Below the pieces are notes generated by a model, which saw only the letters and a list, made by a program, of their open reading frames with translations, searched no databases and was not told where the DNA came from. Positions 17,917 to 27,009 of a DNA stretch of 44,438 bases are shown piece after piece. The DNA comes from Candidatus Krumholzibacteriaceae bacterium (GTDB lineage Archaea; Thermoproteota; Bathyarchaeia; Bathyarchaeales; SOJC01): assembly GCA_035542635.1 (NCBI GenBank), contig DATKLC010000122.1:1-44438 (forward strand), read 5' to 3'. The position numbers and the translations under genes are program-made. Every line of letters starts with the position of its first letter. Position 1 is the stretch's first letter.

Positions 17917-19383
17917 ATGGCTGGCAGGTTCCTAAGAGCGTTCAAACCTATTTCTCGGTTCATGCCCGAAATCAAGACTCCAGAGCGTAAGGTGGGCTTC
18001 AACGAGAAAGTTTTCTGGACTTTACTGGCTCTCGCTATATACTTAGTCATGGCAGAAATACCGCTCTATGGAATTGGCGCTACCTCAGGCTGGGATCTCT
18101 CCTCTCTGAGAATCATTTTTGCTTCTAACAGAGGAACGCTTATGGAACTTGGCATAGGACCAATCGTAACAGCAGGAATTATTCTGCAGCTCTTAGGCGG
18201 CTCTGGCATTATTGAAATGGACATGAACGATCCAGAAGACAGAGGCTTATTCACAGGCGCCAGCAAATTCTTCTCTATAGTTCTAACTGGGATTCAAGCC
18301 TCCGCGTATTTGATTGGTGGAGCCTATGGACAATTGGCTCCTACTACTTCGCTCGTCATTTTCCTTGAACTCCTTTCAGCGGGTGTAATCGTCATGTTAC
18401 TCGATGAAATGGTGCAGAAGGGCTGGGGATTTGGCAGCGGTATCAGTTTATTCATCCTTGCAGGCGTGGCGCAGGGCATTCTTTGGGACATGTTTGCTCC
18501 GATTCCGCTAGGTCCTATTAGTGAGGGTTTGGGTAGTCTAGGTATTTTTCTTGCTATCCCGCAAGCGCTACTGACTGGCAACAGCCTTATTCCTCTGTTT
18601 ATTCGGCAATCAGTCAACTCAACGACGGGAGCTCTAGGTACGGCGTATCCTGGGATCGTGGGATTTATTGCTACACTCCTCGTTTTTTTCATTGTAATCT
18701 ATGCTGAGGGTGTGAGAGTTGAGCTTCCAATCTCGCACGCCGACTATAGAGGCTTCCGCAGTAGATATCCGATAAAGCTTTTGTATGTGTCGAACCTTCC
18801 CGTGATTTTTGCTTCGGCACTGTTTGCTAACGTGTACTTCTTCGCCCAATTGTCTTGGAGTATGAATGGAGCGCATGATGGCCCTACGGGTTCTTGGTGG
18901 GACCTTTTAGGTGTGTTTACAAAAAGTTCATCTGGACAGCCTCAACCTGTTGGCGGGCTTGTGCATTATGTATTGGCGCCACGAAGTCCTCTCGAAGTGG
19001 CAGCCGACCCTGTCAGAGCGGCTGTTTACGTGTCGATACTAGTGGCATTTTGTGTCGTATTCTCGCTTACGTGGCTCGAAGTCGGCGGTTTAGGCCCATC
19101 TGCTGTAGCGAAACAACTGGTAGACTCTGGTATGCATGTTCCTGGCTACAGAAGGTCAAGCAAACCGATAGAGGCTCTGTTAAAACGTTACATAACGCCA
19201 GTAACCATTCTCGGAGGAATAATCGTGGGTGTAATCGCAGGATTCGCCGACTTCTTCGGTGTCTTCGGCAGCGGCATGGGCATCCTGCTTTCAGTGGGCA
19301 TAATCTATCAGTACTATCAGCTGCTCATACAAGAACGCGCCGCAGAAATGTTCCCAGCCTTCCGTCGTGTTCTTGGCGAGTAA
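17917..19383 (+). CDS. secY: Preprotein translocase subunit SecY
   Basis: 488 aa with 10 TM segments. FWTLLALAIYLVMAEIPLYG and GTLMELGIGPIVTAGIILQLL match SecY/Sec61alpha. Conserved position after uL15. Confidence 0.95.
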   Translation: MAGRFLRAFKPISRFMPEIKTPERKVGFNEKVFWTLLALAIYLVMAEIPLYGIGATSGWDLSSLRIIFASNRGTLMELGIGPIVTAGIILQLLGGSGIIEMDMNDPEDRGLFTGASKFFSIVLTGIQASAYLIGGAYGQLAPTTSLVIFLELLSAGVIVMLLDEMVQKGWGFGSGISLFILAGVAQGILWDMFAPIPLGPISEGLGSLGIFLAIPQALLTGNSLIPLFIRQSVNSTTGALGTAYPGIVGFIATLLVFFIVIYAEGVRVELPISHADYRGFRSRYPIKLLYVSNLPVIFASALFANVYFFAQLSWSMNGAHDGPTGSWWDLLGVFTKSSSGQPQPVGGLVHYVLAPRSPLEVAADPVRAAVYVSILVAFCVVFSLTWLEVGGLGPSAVAKQLVDSGMHVPGYRRSSKPIEALLKRYITPVTILGGIIVGVIAGFADFFGVFGSGMGILLSVGIIYQYYQLLIQERAAEMFPAFRRVLGE

Positions 19384-19465
19384 ACAAGCGTTTTTCTATG
19401 AAAACAGTTAAGAATCTGGATGTGAAATGAGAACAGAGCACAAAATAGCTTAGAGAAGTGAACCC

Positions 19466-19924
19466 ATGGCTTTCCCACCTGTAGAGCTTCCATACTCAAC
19501 CATATTTGTACTATTTCTAGCCATACTTCTAACATTCATCACTTCATTAGTTAATCGACTTCTCACAAACCGTGAACAACTTGCCTCATGGAGAAAGCAA
19601 ATCTCCGAATGGCAACAGGAATTTAACGAAGCAAGAAAAAGTGGCGACAAGAAACAACTGGAAAAAGCAATGCGCAAACAGAAACAAATCATGCAGATTC
19701 AGTCTAAAATGTTCACTCAGCAGATGAAGGTTTCTCTGATTTTCATAGTGCCATTCTTTCTCTTCTGGACGTGGCTAAACGGAGTCTATGCGGGACAGAC
19801 AGTCGCTTATCTTTCTGGTTTTGGGGGATTAAGCGTCTTCTACTGGTACCTACTCTGCTCGCTAGCGTTTGGAACAATTTTCTCACACGTTCTCGGTATA
19901 GGAATGGGGGTGACTGACGAATAA
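19466..19924 (+). CDS. DUF106/EMC3-TMCO1-like membrane protein (archaeal YidC/Oxa1-like)
   Basis: TM - coiled KQ-rich loop - TM-TM layout (SLVNRLLTNREQL...KKQLEKAMRKQKQIMQIQSKM). Conserved position downstream of secY. Confidence 0.65.
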   Translation: MAFPPVELPYSTIFVLFLAILLTFITSLVNRLLTNREQLASWRKQISEWQQEFNEARKSGDKKQLEKAMRKQKQIMQIQSKMFTQQMKVSLIFIVPFFLFWTWLNGVYAGQTVAYLSGFGGLSVFYWYLLCSLAFGTIFSHVLGIGMGVTDE

Positions 19925-20199
19925 TGACGAGGCATTCACTAAGAGGTCGAGCCCAAAAACGCACTCAAGTTCGCATACCTGGAAACCGTACAGTGCTGCA
20001 TTATAAAAAAGACAAAACAAAACGTGCTCATTGCTCACGCTGTGGACAATACCTCGCAGGCTTGCCACACCTATCGCCCACCCAATTGCAGAAGTTTACT
20101 CCAACGGAAAGAAAAATAGAACGCCCATTCGGTGGACAGCTCTGCCACAACTGCCTACGCCAACTGATAAAACAAACCATTAGAACGGCACAAACCTAA
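19924..20199 (+). CDS. rpl34e: 50S ribosomal protein L34e
   Basis: MTRHSLRGRAQKRTQVRIPGNRTVLHYKK...CSRCG matches eL34. Confidence 0.85.
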   Translation: MTRHSLRGRAQKRTQVRIPGNRTVLHYKKDKTKRAHCSRCGQYLAGLPHLSPTQLQKFTPTERKIERPFGGQLCHNCLRQLIKQTIRTAQT

Positions 20200-20207
20200 T
20201 TTGTAGG

Positions 20208-20831
20208 TTGAAAAATTTGGCTAAAAGCCATAGAAAGGAAAGGAAACCGAGAAAAAGCATAGTTATCTGTGTTTGCGGGATGACAGCTAGCGGCAAAAGT
20301 ACTGTCGCACGGAGAATCGCCGAAAGGTATAGGTTAAGACTTTTCTCAGGTGGCGACGCCTTGAAAACCCTCGCCATCGAGATGGGTTATAAACCCTTAG
20401 ACCGCGGTTGGTGGGAATCCACAGAAGGCTTGAGATTTCTTCGGCAAAGATTAAAGGACCCTGATTTTGATAAGAAAGTCGACCAGAAACTCTTGGAGCA
20501 CGCCCGAAAAAGAAACGTCGTTCTGGACAGTTGGACTATGCCTTGGCTGTTCAAAGACGGCTATAAAATCTGGATAGACGCCTCCAAAAAAGTTAGGGCA
20601 AAGCGCTTAGCCCAAAGGGATGGTATGGTTCTTGGAAAAGCGGTTAAGGTCTTGGAGGAGAAAGAGGAGGCTACTAAGACAATTTATGCTAGGCTTTATG
20701 GTTTCTGTCTTGGAGAAGATTTTTCTCCGTTCGACTTGATTGTGGATACCGATAAGCTAGACGAGGACGAAGTTTTTCACACGGTTTCTGTCGTTCTTGA
20801 CCGCGTCTTGTTCAAAAGAAATTGTGCTTAA
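20208..20831 (+). CDS. cmk: Cytidylate kinase (archaeal type)
   Basis: P-loop ICVCGMTASGKSTVARRIAE. Conserved position between L34e and L14e. The start codon (TTG 20208) is uncertain. Confidence 0.75.
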   Translation: MKNLAKSHRKERKPRKSIVICVCGMTASGKSTVARRIAERYRLRLFSGGDALKTLAIEMGYKPLDRGWWESTEGLRFLRQRLKDPDFDKKVDQKLLEHARKRNVVLDSWTMPWLFKDGYKIWIDASKKVRAKRLAQRDGMVLGKAVKVLEEKEEATKTIYARLYGFCLGEDFSPFDLIVDTDKLDEDEVFHTVSVVLDRVLFKRNCA

Positions 20832-20840
20832 CCAGTGAGA

Positions 20841-20850
20841 TTATATATTA
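20841..20850 (+). promoter_or_regulatory. Putative TATA box upstream of rpl14e
   Basis: TTATATATTA lies about 40 nt upstream of the GTG start at 20889. Confidence 0.35.
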
Positions 20851-20888
20851 GTGGTTGCACTCTCTTTCAAAAGCTAAGAGGGAATAAT

Positions 20889-21179
20889 GTGACAGCCATC
20901 GAAGTTGGAAGAATCTGCGTCAAGACACACGGACGCGAAGCTGGCAAAAAATGCATCATAGTCGATGTCATCGACAAGAACTTTGTCCTGGTCACTGGGC
21001 CAAAAGGCATAAACAAGGTGAAACGAAGAAAAGTCAACGTCAACCATATCGAGCCCACGCAGGAGAAAATCGAAATCAAACGCGGCGTTGCTGATGAAGA
21101 AATAATTGATGCCTTGAAGTCTGCTGGCAAACTCGAAGACATGGCTAAACCTGTTCAGCTTTCTCTCAGAATAGAGTGA
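20889..21179 (+). CDS. rpl14e: 50S ribosomal protein L14e
   Basis: (M)[28 protein letters not shown] matches eL14. GTG start after GAGGG. The track start at 20835 adds a non-conserved leader. Confidence 0.85.
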   Translation: MTAIEVGRICVKTHGREAGKKCIIVDVIDKNFVLVTGPKGINKVKRRKVNVNHIEPTQEKIEIKRGVADEEIIDALKSAGKLEDMAKPVQLSLRIE

Positions 21180-21234
21180 CTAACTCTTTTTTAAGTTCTC
21201 TATGTATAATCAGTGTGCAAGGAGAATGCACTAT

Positions 21235-22233
21235 ATGCCACGGATGACTGCGCCTTGGGAAAGAGAACGCAAGCTTATAGTCAAAGCCGAAGAGGATACT
21301 GACCCGCGTTATGGACACAAGCCCGAAGAACGGCCTATCAAAGACTACGTACGGTTTGGAGTGATAAACTTAGACAAGCCCTCTGGTCCGTCGAGCCACG
21401 AGGTTACGGCGTGGGTCAAGCGCATCTTAAGCGTAGGGCATGCTGGTCACGGCGGAACCTTGGATCCTAAGGTGACAGGCGTGTTGCCCGTGGCGTTGGA
21501 AGATGCGACCAAGGTCATACAAGCACTGTTGCTAAGCGGAAAAGAATACGTCTGCGTCATGCGCTTGCACAGCGACGCCACTGAAGACCGTGTGAAGGCA
21601 GTACTCGAAGAATTTCAGGGTGAGATTTATCAGCGTCCACCGCTGCGGGCTTCGGTCAAGCATAGACTCAGGACGCGGAAAATCTACTACTTGGACTTTC
21701 TCGAGATGGAGGGAAAGAACGTGCTTTTCTGGGTGGGCTGCGAGGGCGGAACGTACATCCGTAAACTCTGCTACGACTTAGGTGAAGCCCTAGGCACGGG
21801 CGCGCACATGCAGGAACTTCGTCGCACAAGGGCTGGACCGTTCATAGAGAATGACGGACTAACGAACCTATACGATGTTTCCTACTTCAATGACCAATGG
21901 AAAGAGAAAGGCGACGAGAACGCGCTACACAAGTTCATCTTTCCAATGGAGCGGGCATTGACGCTGCTGCCGCGGGTCTTTGTGCGTGACTCTGCTGTGG
22001 ATGCGCTCTGTCATGGTGCGAACCTTGCGGCGCCTGGGGTTCTTTCTCTGGAAGCCGATGCTAAGCGTGGGGATGTGGTGGCTGTTTTTACGCAGAAAGG
22101 TGAGGCGGTGATGTATGCTAAGGCTTTAGCCTCCACGGAGGAGGTTCTTTCAATGGAGCACGGACTGGTGGCTCAGACTATGCGAGTGTTGATGGAGAGG
22201 GGTACCTATCCGAAGATGTGGCGCAGTGAATAA
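21235..22233 (+). CDS. cbf5: H/ACA RNP pseudouridine synthase Cbf5
   Basis: TruB motif HGGTLDPKVTGVLPV and a C-terminal PUA-like region. GGAG lies 10 nt upstream of ATG 21235. The track start at 21202 is also possible. Confidence 0.9.
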   Translation: MPRMTAPWERERKLIVKAEEDTDPRYGHKPEERPIKDYVRFGVINLDKPSGPSSHEVTAWVKRILSVGHAGHGGTLDPKVTGVLPVALEDATKVIQALLLSGKEYVCVMRLHSDATEDRVKAVLEEFQGEIYQRPPLRASVKHRLRTRKIYYLDFLEMEGKNVLFWVGCEGGTYIRKLCYDLGEALGTGAHMQELRRTRAGPFIENDGLTNLYDVSYFNDQWKEKGDENALHKFIFPMERALTLLPRVFVRDSAVDALCHGANLAAPGVLSLEADAKRGDVVAVFTQKGEAVMYAKALASTEEVLSMEHGLVAQTMRVLMERGTYPKMWRSE

Positions 22234-22235
22234 CG

Positions 22236-22838
22236 ATGGCGACGAATCATTACTTCTCATCAAAACCTTCTGCAAAGCCGAATTATGGGCTTATTCGAGT
22301 CAATCTGCGGGATAGGTATTTTGAGTTTCTGACTGCTTCGGGCGTGTTTTCTAAGAAGCGCGTTGATTTGGGCACGAGGCTTCTCATAGAGTCTATGGTT
22401 TTGCCCGAGAGTGGTAATGTGCTCGACTTGGGGTGTGGTTATGGCGCGGTTGGCATTGTAGCGGCTGCTTCGTATCCATTGGTGCATGTTTATATGGTGG
22501 ACGTCAACGCGCGAGCGATGTGGCTTGCGAGAGAAAACGCCAGAAGAAACAGAGTTGACAATGTGGTGTTGCGAGGTGGTTTCCTCTATGAACCACTAAA
22601 AGACATGGAATTTGACGCTATCCTTTCTAATCCGCCCGTAAGTGCAGGGTTGAAGGTTGTCGTGCCCATCATTGAGCAGGCTCCTGGGCATCTGACAAGC
22701 TGTGGTTCCCTGCAAATGGTGGTGCGGTCGAAGATTGGTGGCAGGCGTCTTTCTGGCGTTATGGAAGAAGCGTTTGGACAAGTCGAGGTTTTGGCCAGAC
22801 AGAGTGGTTACAGGGTTTTGTTGTCAAAAAAACCTTAA
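22236..22838 (+). CDS. Class I SAM-dependent methyltransferase (RsmC/RlmG-like small-domain family)
   Basis: VLDLGCGYGAVGI (motif I) and ILSNPPV (motif IV). Confidence 0.7.
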   Translation: MATNHYFSSKPSAKPNYGLIRVNLRDRYFEFLTASGVFSKKRVDLGTRLLIESMVLPESGNVLDLGCGYGAVGIVAAASYPLVHVYMVDVNARAMWLARENARRNRVDNVVLRGGFLYEPLKDMEFDAILSNPPVSAGLKVVVPIIEQAPGHLTSCGSLQMVVRSKIGGRRLSGVMEEAFGQVEVLARQSGYRVLLSKKP

Positions 22839-22868
22839 GCGTATGACAAGTTAATTATTGCGAGCAGT

Positions 22869-22976
22869 GCCGGGGTCTCCTAGCCAGGTAGGGAGCAAGC
22901 CTGGAGACGCTATTGCAAAAGCGCCTAATAGCTTGTGACCCTCTGGGTCGCGTGGGTTCAAATCCCACTCCCGGCG
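22869..22976 (+). tRNA. tRNA-Ser(GGA) with a 23-nt intron at the canonical position in the anticodon loop
   Basis: Hand fold: acceptor GCCGGGG/TCCCGGC; D arm TCC-TAGCCAGGTAG-GGA; anticodon stem CAAGC/GCTTG with loop CTGGAGA (GGA at 22903-22905) interrupted by about 22908-22930; long variable arm GACCC-TCT-GGGTC; T arm GTGGG-TTCAAAT-CCCAC; discriminator G. CCA is not encoded. Confidence 0.85.
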
Positions 22977-22977
22977 C
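22960..22977 (+). repeat. attL-like 18-bp direct repeat (3' end of tRNA-Ser)
   Basis: AAATCCCACTCCCGGCGC is repeated exactly at 24442-24459. Confidence 0.8.
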
Positions 22978-23033
22978 TTTTAAGCTTATTTTCTGCTCTT
23001 TTTAGGCGAATGTTCGTATGGAGTTTTGGAGTG

Positions 23034-23651
23034 TCACCATCTGTTGTAATGCATTTTTTCTCTTAAGGAGATGGTCTTCTGTTTTACGAAATAGTCGGTT
23101 GGGTAGCCTAGAGGAATTACAGCCGCAATCTCGTAATCTTGAGGCATGCCTAATATTCTTTTAAGGGAAAAAGTCTCATGGGGTATGTAAGTTACGCCGT
23201 ATAGACCTTCTGCCGCCATGGCTAACAGAATATTCTCGATACAAGCCCATACAGACGCAAAGTTGTTCAATTCATAGAGTGTTCTGCATTCTTTGAGAGT
23301 TTTCTTCATTCTAAAGCATACCACTAACAATTCTGGCGAACTCATCAGCATTCTCTTCTGAACGGGCAACGCTCTGAGATACATTTCTTTTTGCAGCTCA
23401 TCTGTCATGCCTTCCGTTGCCTTTCCCAACTCTGCCTGGCCTGTAACATTCTCTGCCTTTGCACCCAACCCGACGATTTTCTTTCTCTGCTCAGCATCTC
23501 TGACGAAGATGAATTCCCATTGCCTCAGATGGTCGTGCGAAGGAGCCTTCAGCCCCGCCTCCAAAACTCTTAGTAGCTTTTCCTCTTCAACAGGCTTTAG
23601 CTGAAACTCCCTTACACTGCGCCTTTTCTTGACAACTTCGTAAAAGTCCAA
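23034..23651 (-). CDS. Nitroreductase family protein
   Basis: DFYEVVKKRRSVREFQLKPVEEEKLLRVLEAGLKAPSHDHLRQW matches the nitroreductase fold N-terminus. TTG start. Confidence 0.8.
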   Translation of the reverse strand: MDFYEVVKKRRSVREFQLKPVEEEKLLRVLEAGLKAPSHDHLRQWEFIFVRDAEQRKKIVGLGAKAENVTGQAELGKATEGMTDELQKEMYLRALPVQKRMLMSSPELLVVCFRMKKTLKECRTLYELNNFASVWACIENILLAMAAEGLYGVTYIPHETFSLKRILGMPQDYEIAAVIPLGYPTDYFVKQKTISLREKMHYNRW

Positions 23652-23864
23652 ACGCCTTCACCTTTGAATCCTACCCAATTGGCGAATTTAAGCGTCACTC
23701 TTAACATTAGCGCGCTATGGAGGGAGCACTTAACCTTAATCGAACCAACGCGCGCGATGCAAGAACGGCGGATATACTATTTAGATGTGGTAGTTCTACA
23801 TTAGGTATTTGGAGAATCAACTTAAGCAGATACTTCCTTTTCATAAGATTGGAGAAGGTTTCCC

Positions 23865-24170
23865 GTGTTGAACAGTGTTGCGACTCAAGAGCGAATGAGG
23901 TCACCTGTAGCTTCAAACCTCTTAAAGAAGCGGAGTCATCTTCAACTGATTGCAGAGATTTTAGAAAATGCAAAAATTGGAAGTACAAAGACCCCTATAA
24001 TGTGCAAAGTGGGAATGAGCTACCACCAGTTCAACGAATACTTGGGGTTCTTAAGCATCAGAGGTTTGATTGAGAGAAACGAAGGAGTTTACCAGATTAC
24101 CCAAAAAGGTGTGACTTTCCTTAAAGAATACAAGACTTTACTTCTTCTTTTGTTAATAGACGACTTGTGA
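23865..24170 (+). CDS. Small winged-helix DNA-binding protein
   Basis: GTG start after GGAGAAGG. IAEILENAKIGSTKTPIMCKVGMSYHQFNEYLGFLSIRGLIE..YQITQKG resembles archaeal wHTH (HTH_45-like) proteins. Confidence 0.6.
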   Translation: MLNSVATQERMRSPVASNLLKKRSHLQLIAEILENAKIGSTKTPIMCKVGMSYHQFNEYLGFLSIRGLIERNEGVYQITQKGVTFLKEYKTLLLLLLIDDL

Positions 24171-24441
24171 GTTGGGTCCGTTGATAGCGCTATGAAGTAT
24201 ATTAGTAGTCTATTGGTCAAACAGAGGTTACTGTCAGTCTATATACACTTTGTAGGGAAAGTTTAAAGTTATCTTACGCAACCATGTCACGTGCAGTACT
24301 TGACGACGGTAGAACTGGGGACTGGTCACAATCCCTTCCTCCTCTCTCACAGTCTTCAGTTCTACCTAACAATGGAAACTCACAAAACCCAATTCATCGC
24401 CTTTATTAAACCGGTCTCATGTTAAATTTAAACGTATGTCT

Positions 24442-24459
24442 AAATCCCACTCCCGGCGC
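24442..24459 (+). repeat. attR-like 18-bp direct repeat (copy of the tRNA-Ser 3' end)
   Basis: AAATCCCACTCCCGGCGC is identical to 22960-22977. Confidence 0.8.
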
Positions 24460-24501
24460 CATCTTATGCTTTGTTTTTTGGATTATGGAAAGAATGTTCT
24501 T

Positions 24502-25455
24502 ATGTTGAAGAATGAAGATAAGAAGAAGGTCATTCTGTTCTCCATTGTGGTAGTTTCGGTTCTGCTTAACCTGTACACATTCACGCAGGCCTACCCCAAC
24601 ACGTTCATAGCAACGTATCACATCAATCCATACCAGACTCTCGCCAAGGATTTTTCAGCGTATTACATAGGCGCCTGGAGACTCTTTCACGATTCATCGA
24701 ACGTTTATACTGAGGGGATAGTGAGCAACGGAGAACCCTACATTTACCCGCAGCCTCAACCGTACAAGTACTTGCCCTCGTTCCTGATGTTTATCGCTCC
24801 CACGCTTTTCTTCGGCTATCAAGACGCCCTTATTGTATTCGATGTAGCGCAGTTTCTTCTTCTGCCTGTTATGGCTTTTCTGGTCTATGAGTTGCTTAAG
24901 GACAGAAGCACTCTTGTGATAGCAATCGTGATGGTCATACTATTACTTCAGCCGTCGCCCACCCCACACTGGGGATTGTCAGTGAGCTATTTCTGGCAGT
25001 GGGGTGAGGGTCAGGACAAGGTGCTCAACACATTTCTTTTGTTGCTCTCGTTCTATTTGGGCAAGATCCGCAAGCCTATCTTGTCAGGAGCTATCTTTGC
25101 TTTGGGAGCCTTCGACCCTAGGTTTTTCTTGCTTTCACTTCCGCTGTTCGCTGTTTACAACAAGCTAGACCCTAAGAAAGCATGGTTGGCGCTGATAGCG
25201 AGCCTTGCTGTGTTTAACTCTCCATTGCTAATCGACGGAGTCGGCGCTGGCTTTTTGCAGATGGTGTTTCAGCGCGGGGTTGGGACGCCGCTCTACTATT
25301 ATGCGCTGATTCCATTCTTGACGTTGATATCGTTGATAGTTCTAAACGCGAAAGAAATCTATCTTCTGGTTAAGGCACTCATTTCTAGAGTTCGCCGCGT
25401 GTTATGGAATGAGTATCGACAAAGGCTTAAAGCTCCACTTCCGACGCTAACATAA
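24502..25455 (+). CDS. Polytopic membrane protein, possibly GT87/DUF2029-like glycosyltransferase
   Basis: About 9 TM segments. FSAYYIGAWRLFHDSSNVY...YKYLPSFLMFIAP resembles the DUF2029 family. The start is ambiguous (ATG 24502 or 24466); the track start at 24436 lies inside the att repeat. Confidence 0.5.
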   Translation: MLKNEDKKKVILFSIVVVSVLLNLYTFTQAYPNTFIATYHINPYQTLAKDFSAYYIGAWRLFHDSSNVYTEGIVSNGEPYIYPQPQPYKYLPSFLMFIAPTLFFGYQDALIVFDVAQFLLLPVMAFLVYELLKDRSTLVIAIVMVILLLQPSPTPHWGLSVSYFWQWGEGQDKVLNTFLLLLSFYLGKIRKPILSGAIFALGAFDPRFFLLSLPLFAVYNKLDPKKAWLALIASLAVFNSPLLIDGVGAGFLQMVFQRGVGTPLYYYALIPFLTLISLIVLNAKEIYLLVKALISRVRRVLWNEYRQRLKAPLPTLT

Positions 25456-25539
25456 CAGGCTGTGGGAAAAACAATATTTACCTCTTGTTGTAGTAACCAA
25501 GTCGATACGATTAAATTGTATGGCAAATAAGGGAGAAAT

Positions 25540-26040
25540 GTGAGAGTGAAGCCAGCTTTACTCGTCATAGACGTGCAGAATGAATTCTTCACCTACAATC
25601 AGGCCTGTGCAGACTCGCTAAAATCGGCTATCACATACATAAACGCGGCAATAGCTCTCTTCAGAAAAAAGAACCTGCCAATAATCGCCATCCAACACAA
25701 AAGCGAAGAAGAAAACCTCGTGCCAGGCAAACCGGGCTTTGACATGCCAGAAAGCGTTAAACTCGAGCCTCAAGACGTGCGCATCGTAAAGACCTACGGT
25801 AATTCTTTCACGAAAACTGGGCTCGCAGAGAGGTTAAAAGAACTGGGCGTCGACACTGTTATCATAACAGGGTTTTGTGCAGAGTTCTGCGTTCTATCCA
25901 CGTATAAGGGTGCGGAAGACTATGACTTCAAACCTATAATCCTGAAAGGCTCAATTGCGTCCGACAATTCAGAGCGCATCAAGTTCGTCGAAGAAATCGT
26001 GGAGACCGTGACCTTCGGTGCGCTAAAGGCACTGCTCTAG
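25540..26040 (+). CDS. Isochorismatase-family cysteine hydrolase
   Basis: KPALLVIDVQNEFF and ITGFCAEFCV motifs. Confidence 0.8.
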   Translation: MRVKPALLVIDVQNEFFTYNQACADSLKSAITYINAAIALFRKKNLPIIAIQHKSEEENLVPGKPGFDMPESVKLEPQDVRIVKTYGNSFTKTGLAERLKELGVDTVIITGFCAEFCVLSTYKGAEDYDFKPIILKGSIASDNSERIKFVEEIVETVTFGALKALL

Positions 26041-26044
26041 TTGT

Positions 26045-26539
26045 TTACTGTTCTTTGCTGATTTCTTTTACGATTCTGAGGGCTTCTTCTATGTGCTTCT
26101 TTGTGTTGAGCTGTGAAGAGAATATGTGTCTGATTATGCCTTTTCTGTCGATGACGTATGTGACTCTTCCTGCAAGTATTCCGAGAGTTGAGGGCACCCC
26201 GTAGAGTTGTCTGACTTTTCCACCTTCGTCGCTTAACAGGATGAATGGGAGCTTGTAGAACACGGCGAACTTACTATGTGACTCCACAGATTGCGAGCTT
26301 ATACCTATCACCTGTGCGCCTGCTTCAACGAACACGTCGTAACTGTCTCTAAACGCGCAGGCTTCGGTGGTGCATCCGCGTGAGAAGTCTTTTGGATAGA
26401 AATATAACACGATGATTTTATTACCTATGAAATCGCTCAGTTTTACCATCGCGCCCGACTGGTCTGGAAGCGTAAAGTCTGGCGCTTTGTCTCCGACTTC
26501 GACTTCGACTTTTCCTTTTGTGGTTTGCTGTTCGGTCAT
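26045..26539 (-). CDS. bcp: Peroxiredoxin (Bcp / thiol peroxidase, AhpC-TSA family)
   Basis: GDKAPDFTLPDQSG...VLYFYPKDFSRGCTTEACAFRD. Confidence 0.9.
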   Translation of the reverse strand: MTEQQTTKGKVEVEVGDKAPDFTLPDQSGAMVKLSDFIGNKIIVLYFYPKDFSRGCTTEACAFRDSYDVFVEAGAQVIGISSQSVESHSKFAVFYKLPFILLSDEGGKVRQLYGVPSTLGILAGRVTYVIDRKGIIRHIFSSQLNTKKHIEEALRIVKEISKEQ

Positions 26540-27009
26540 TGCGTGTCGCCTAGGTTTAGTGTTTGAACTCGGGCTTATAAGAACGTGTGACTGTAGCGCT
26601 ACAGCAAATACGCTACTTGCATCCTTTGGTTTCTTTCAGTTCCTGAAACGACTTGTTCAGCGTTATCACGTCGTGCACTGCTTGAACATAACTGACGGGA
26701 AGGCAGATGGTTACGCCGCCTAAAAGTGGTTTCTTAAAGCCCAATTGATGGAGTGCCTCGTTTGTCAAGCCTATGTGTAGATGCGTTATTTGCCACGTGT
26801 TCATGTCTAATTCTGCAGCTTCAACCTCGCCTAAACAAATGCGTTCGTGGTGACTACTTTTTTTCCGTTCAGTTTGCTGGCTTTAACCAAACAGGATTCC
26901 CAGGTTTAGAGGTATCGTGCTTAAGCGAATACAAGATTTACAACTAAACTGCGCACACAAGCTTAAATAAACGGTTATAAGATGCTAACAAGCGGAGCAT
27001 GCCAAGGCG

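Larger units (their letters stand above)
22978..24441. mobile_element. Putative remnant of a tRNA-Ser-integrated element (no integrase present)
   Basis: Bracketed by the exact 18-bp duplication of the tRNA 3' end. Carries a nitroreductase gene, a small wHTH gene and about 480 nt of non-coding DNA. Confidence 0.4.

Noticed and set aside
26613-26804. 63-aa minus-strand ORF in the bcp / PrsW-like intergenic region.
   Set aside because: I recognise no family and see no clear RBS. The open frame upstream has no alternative start. It could be real or a fragment, so I left it unannotated.
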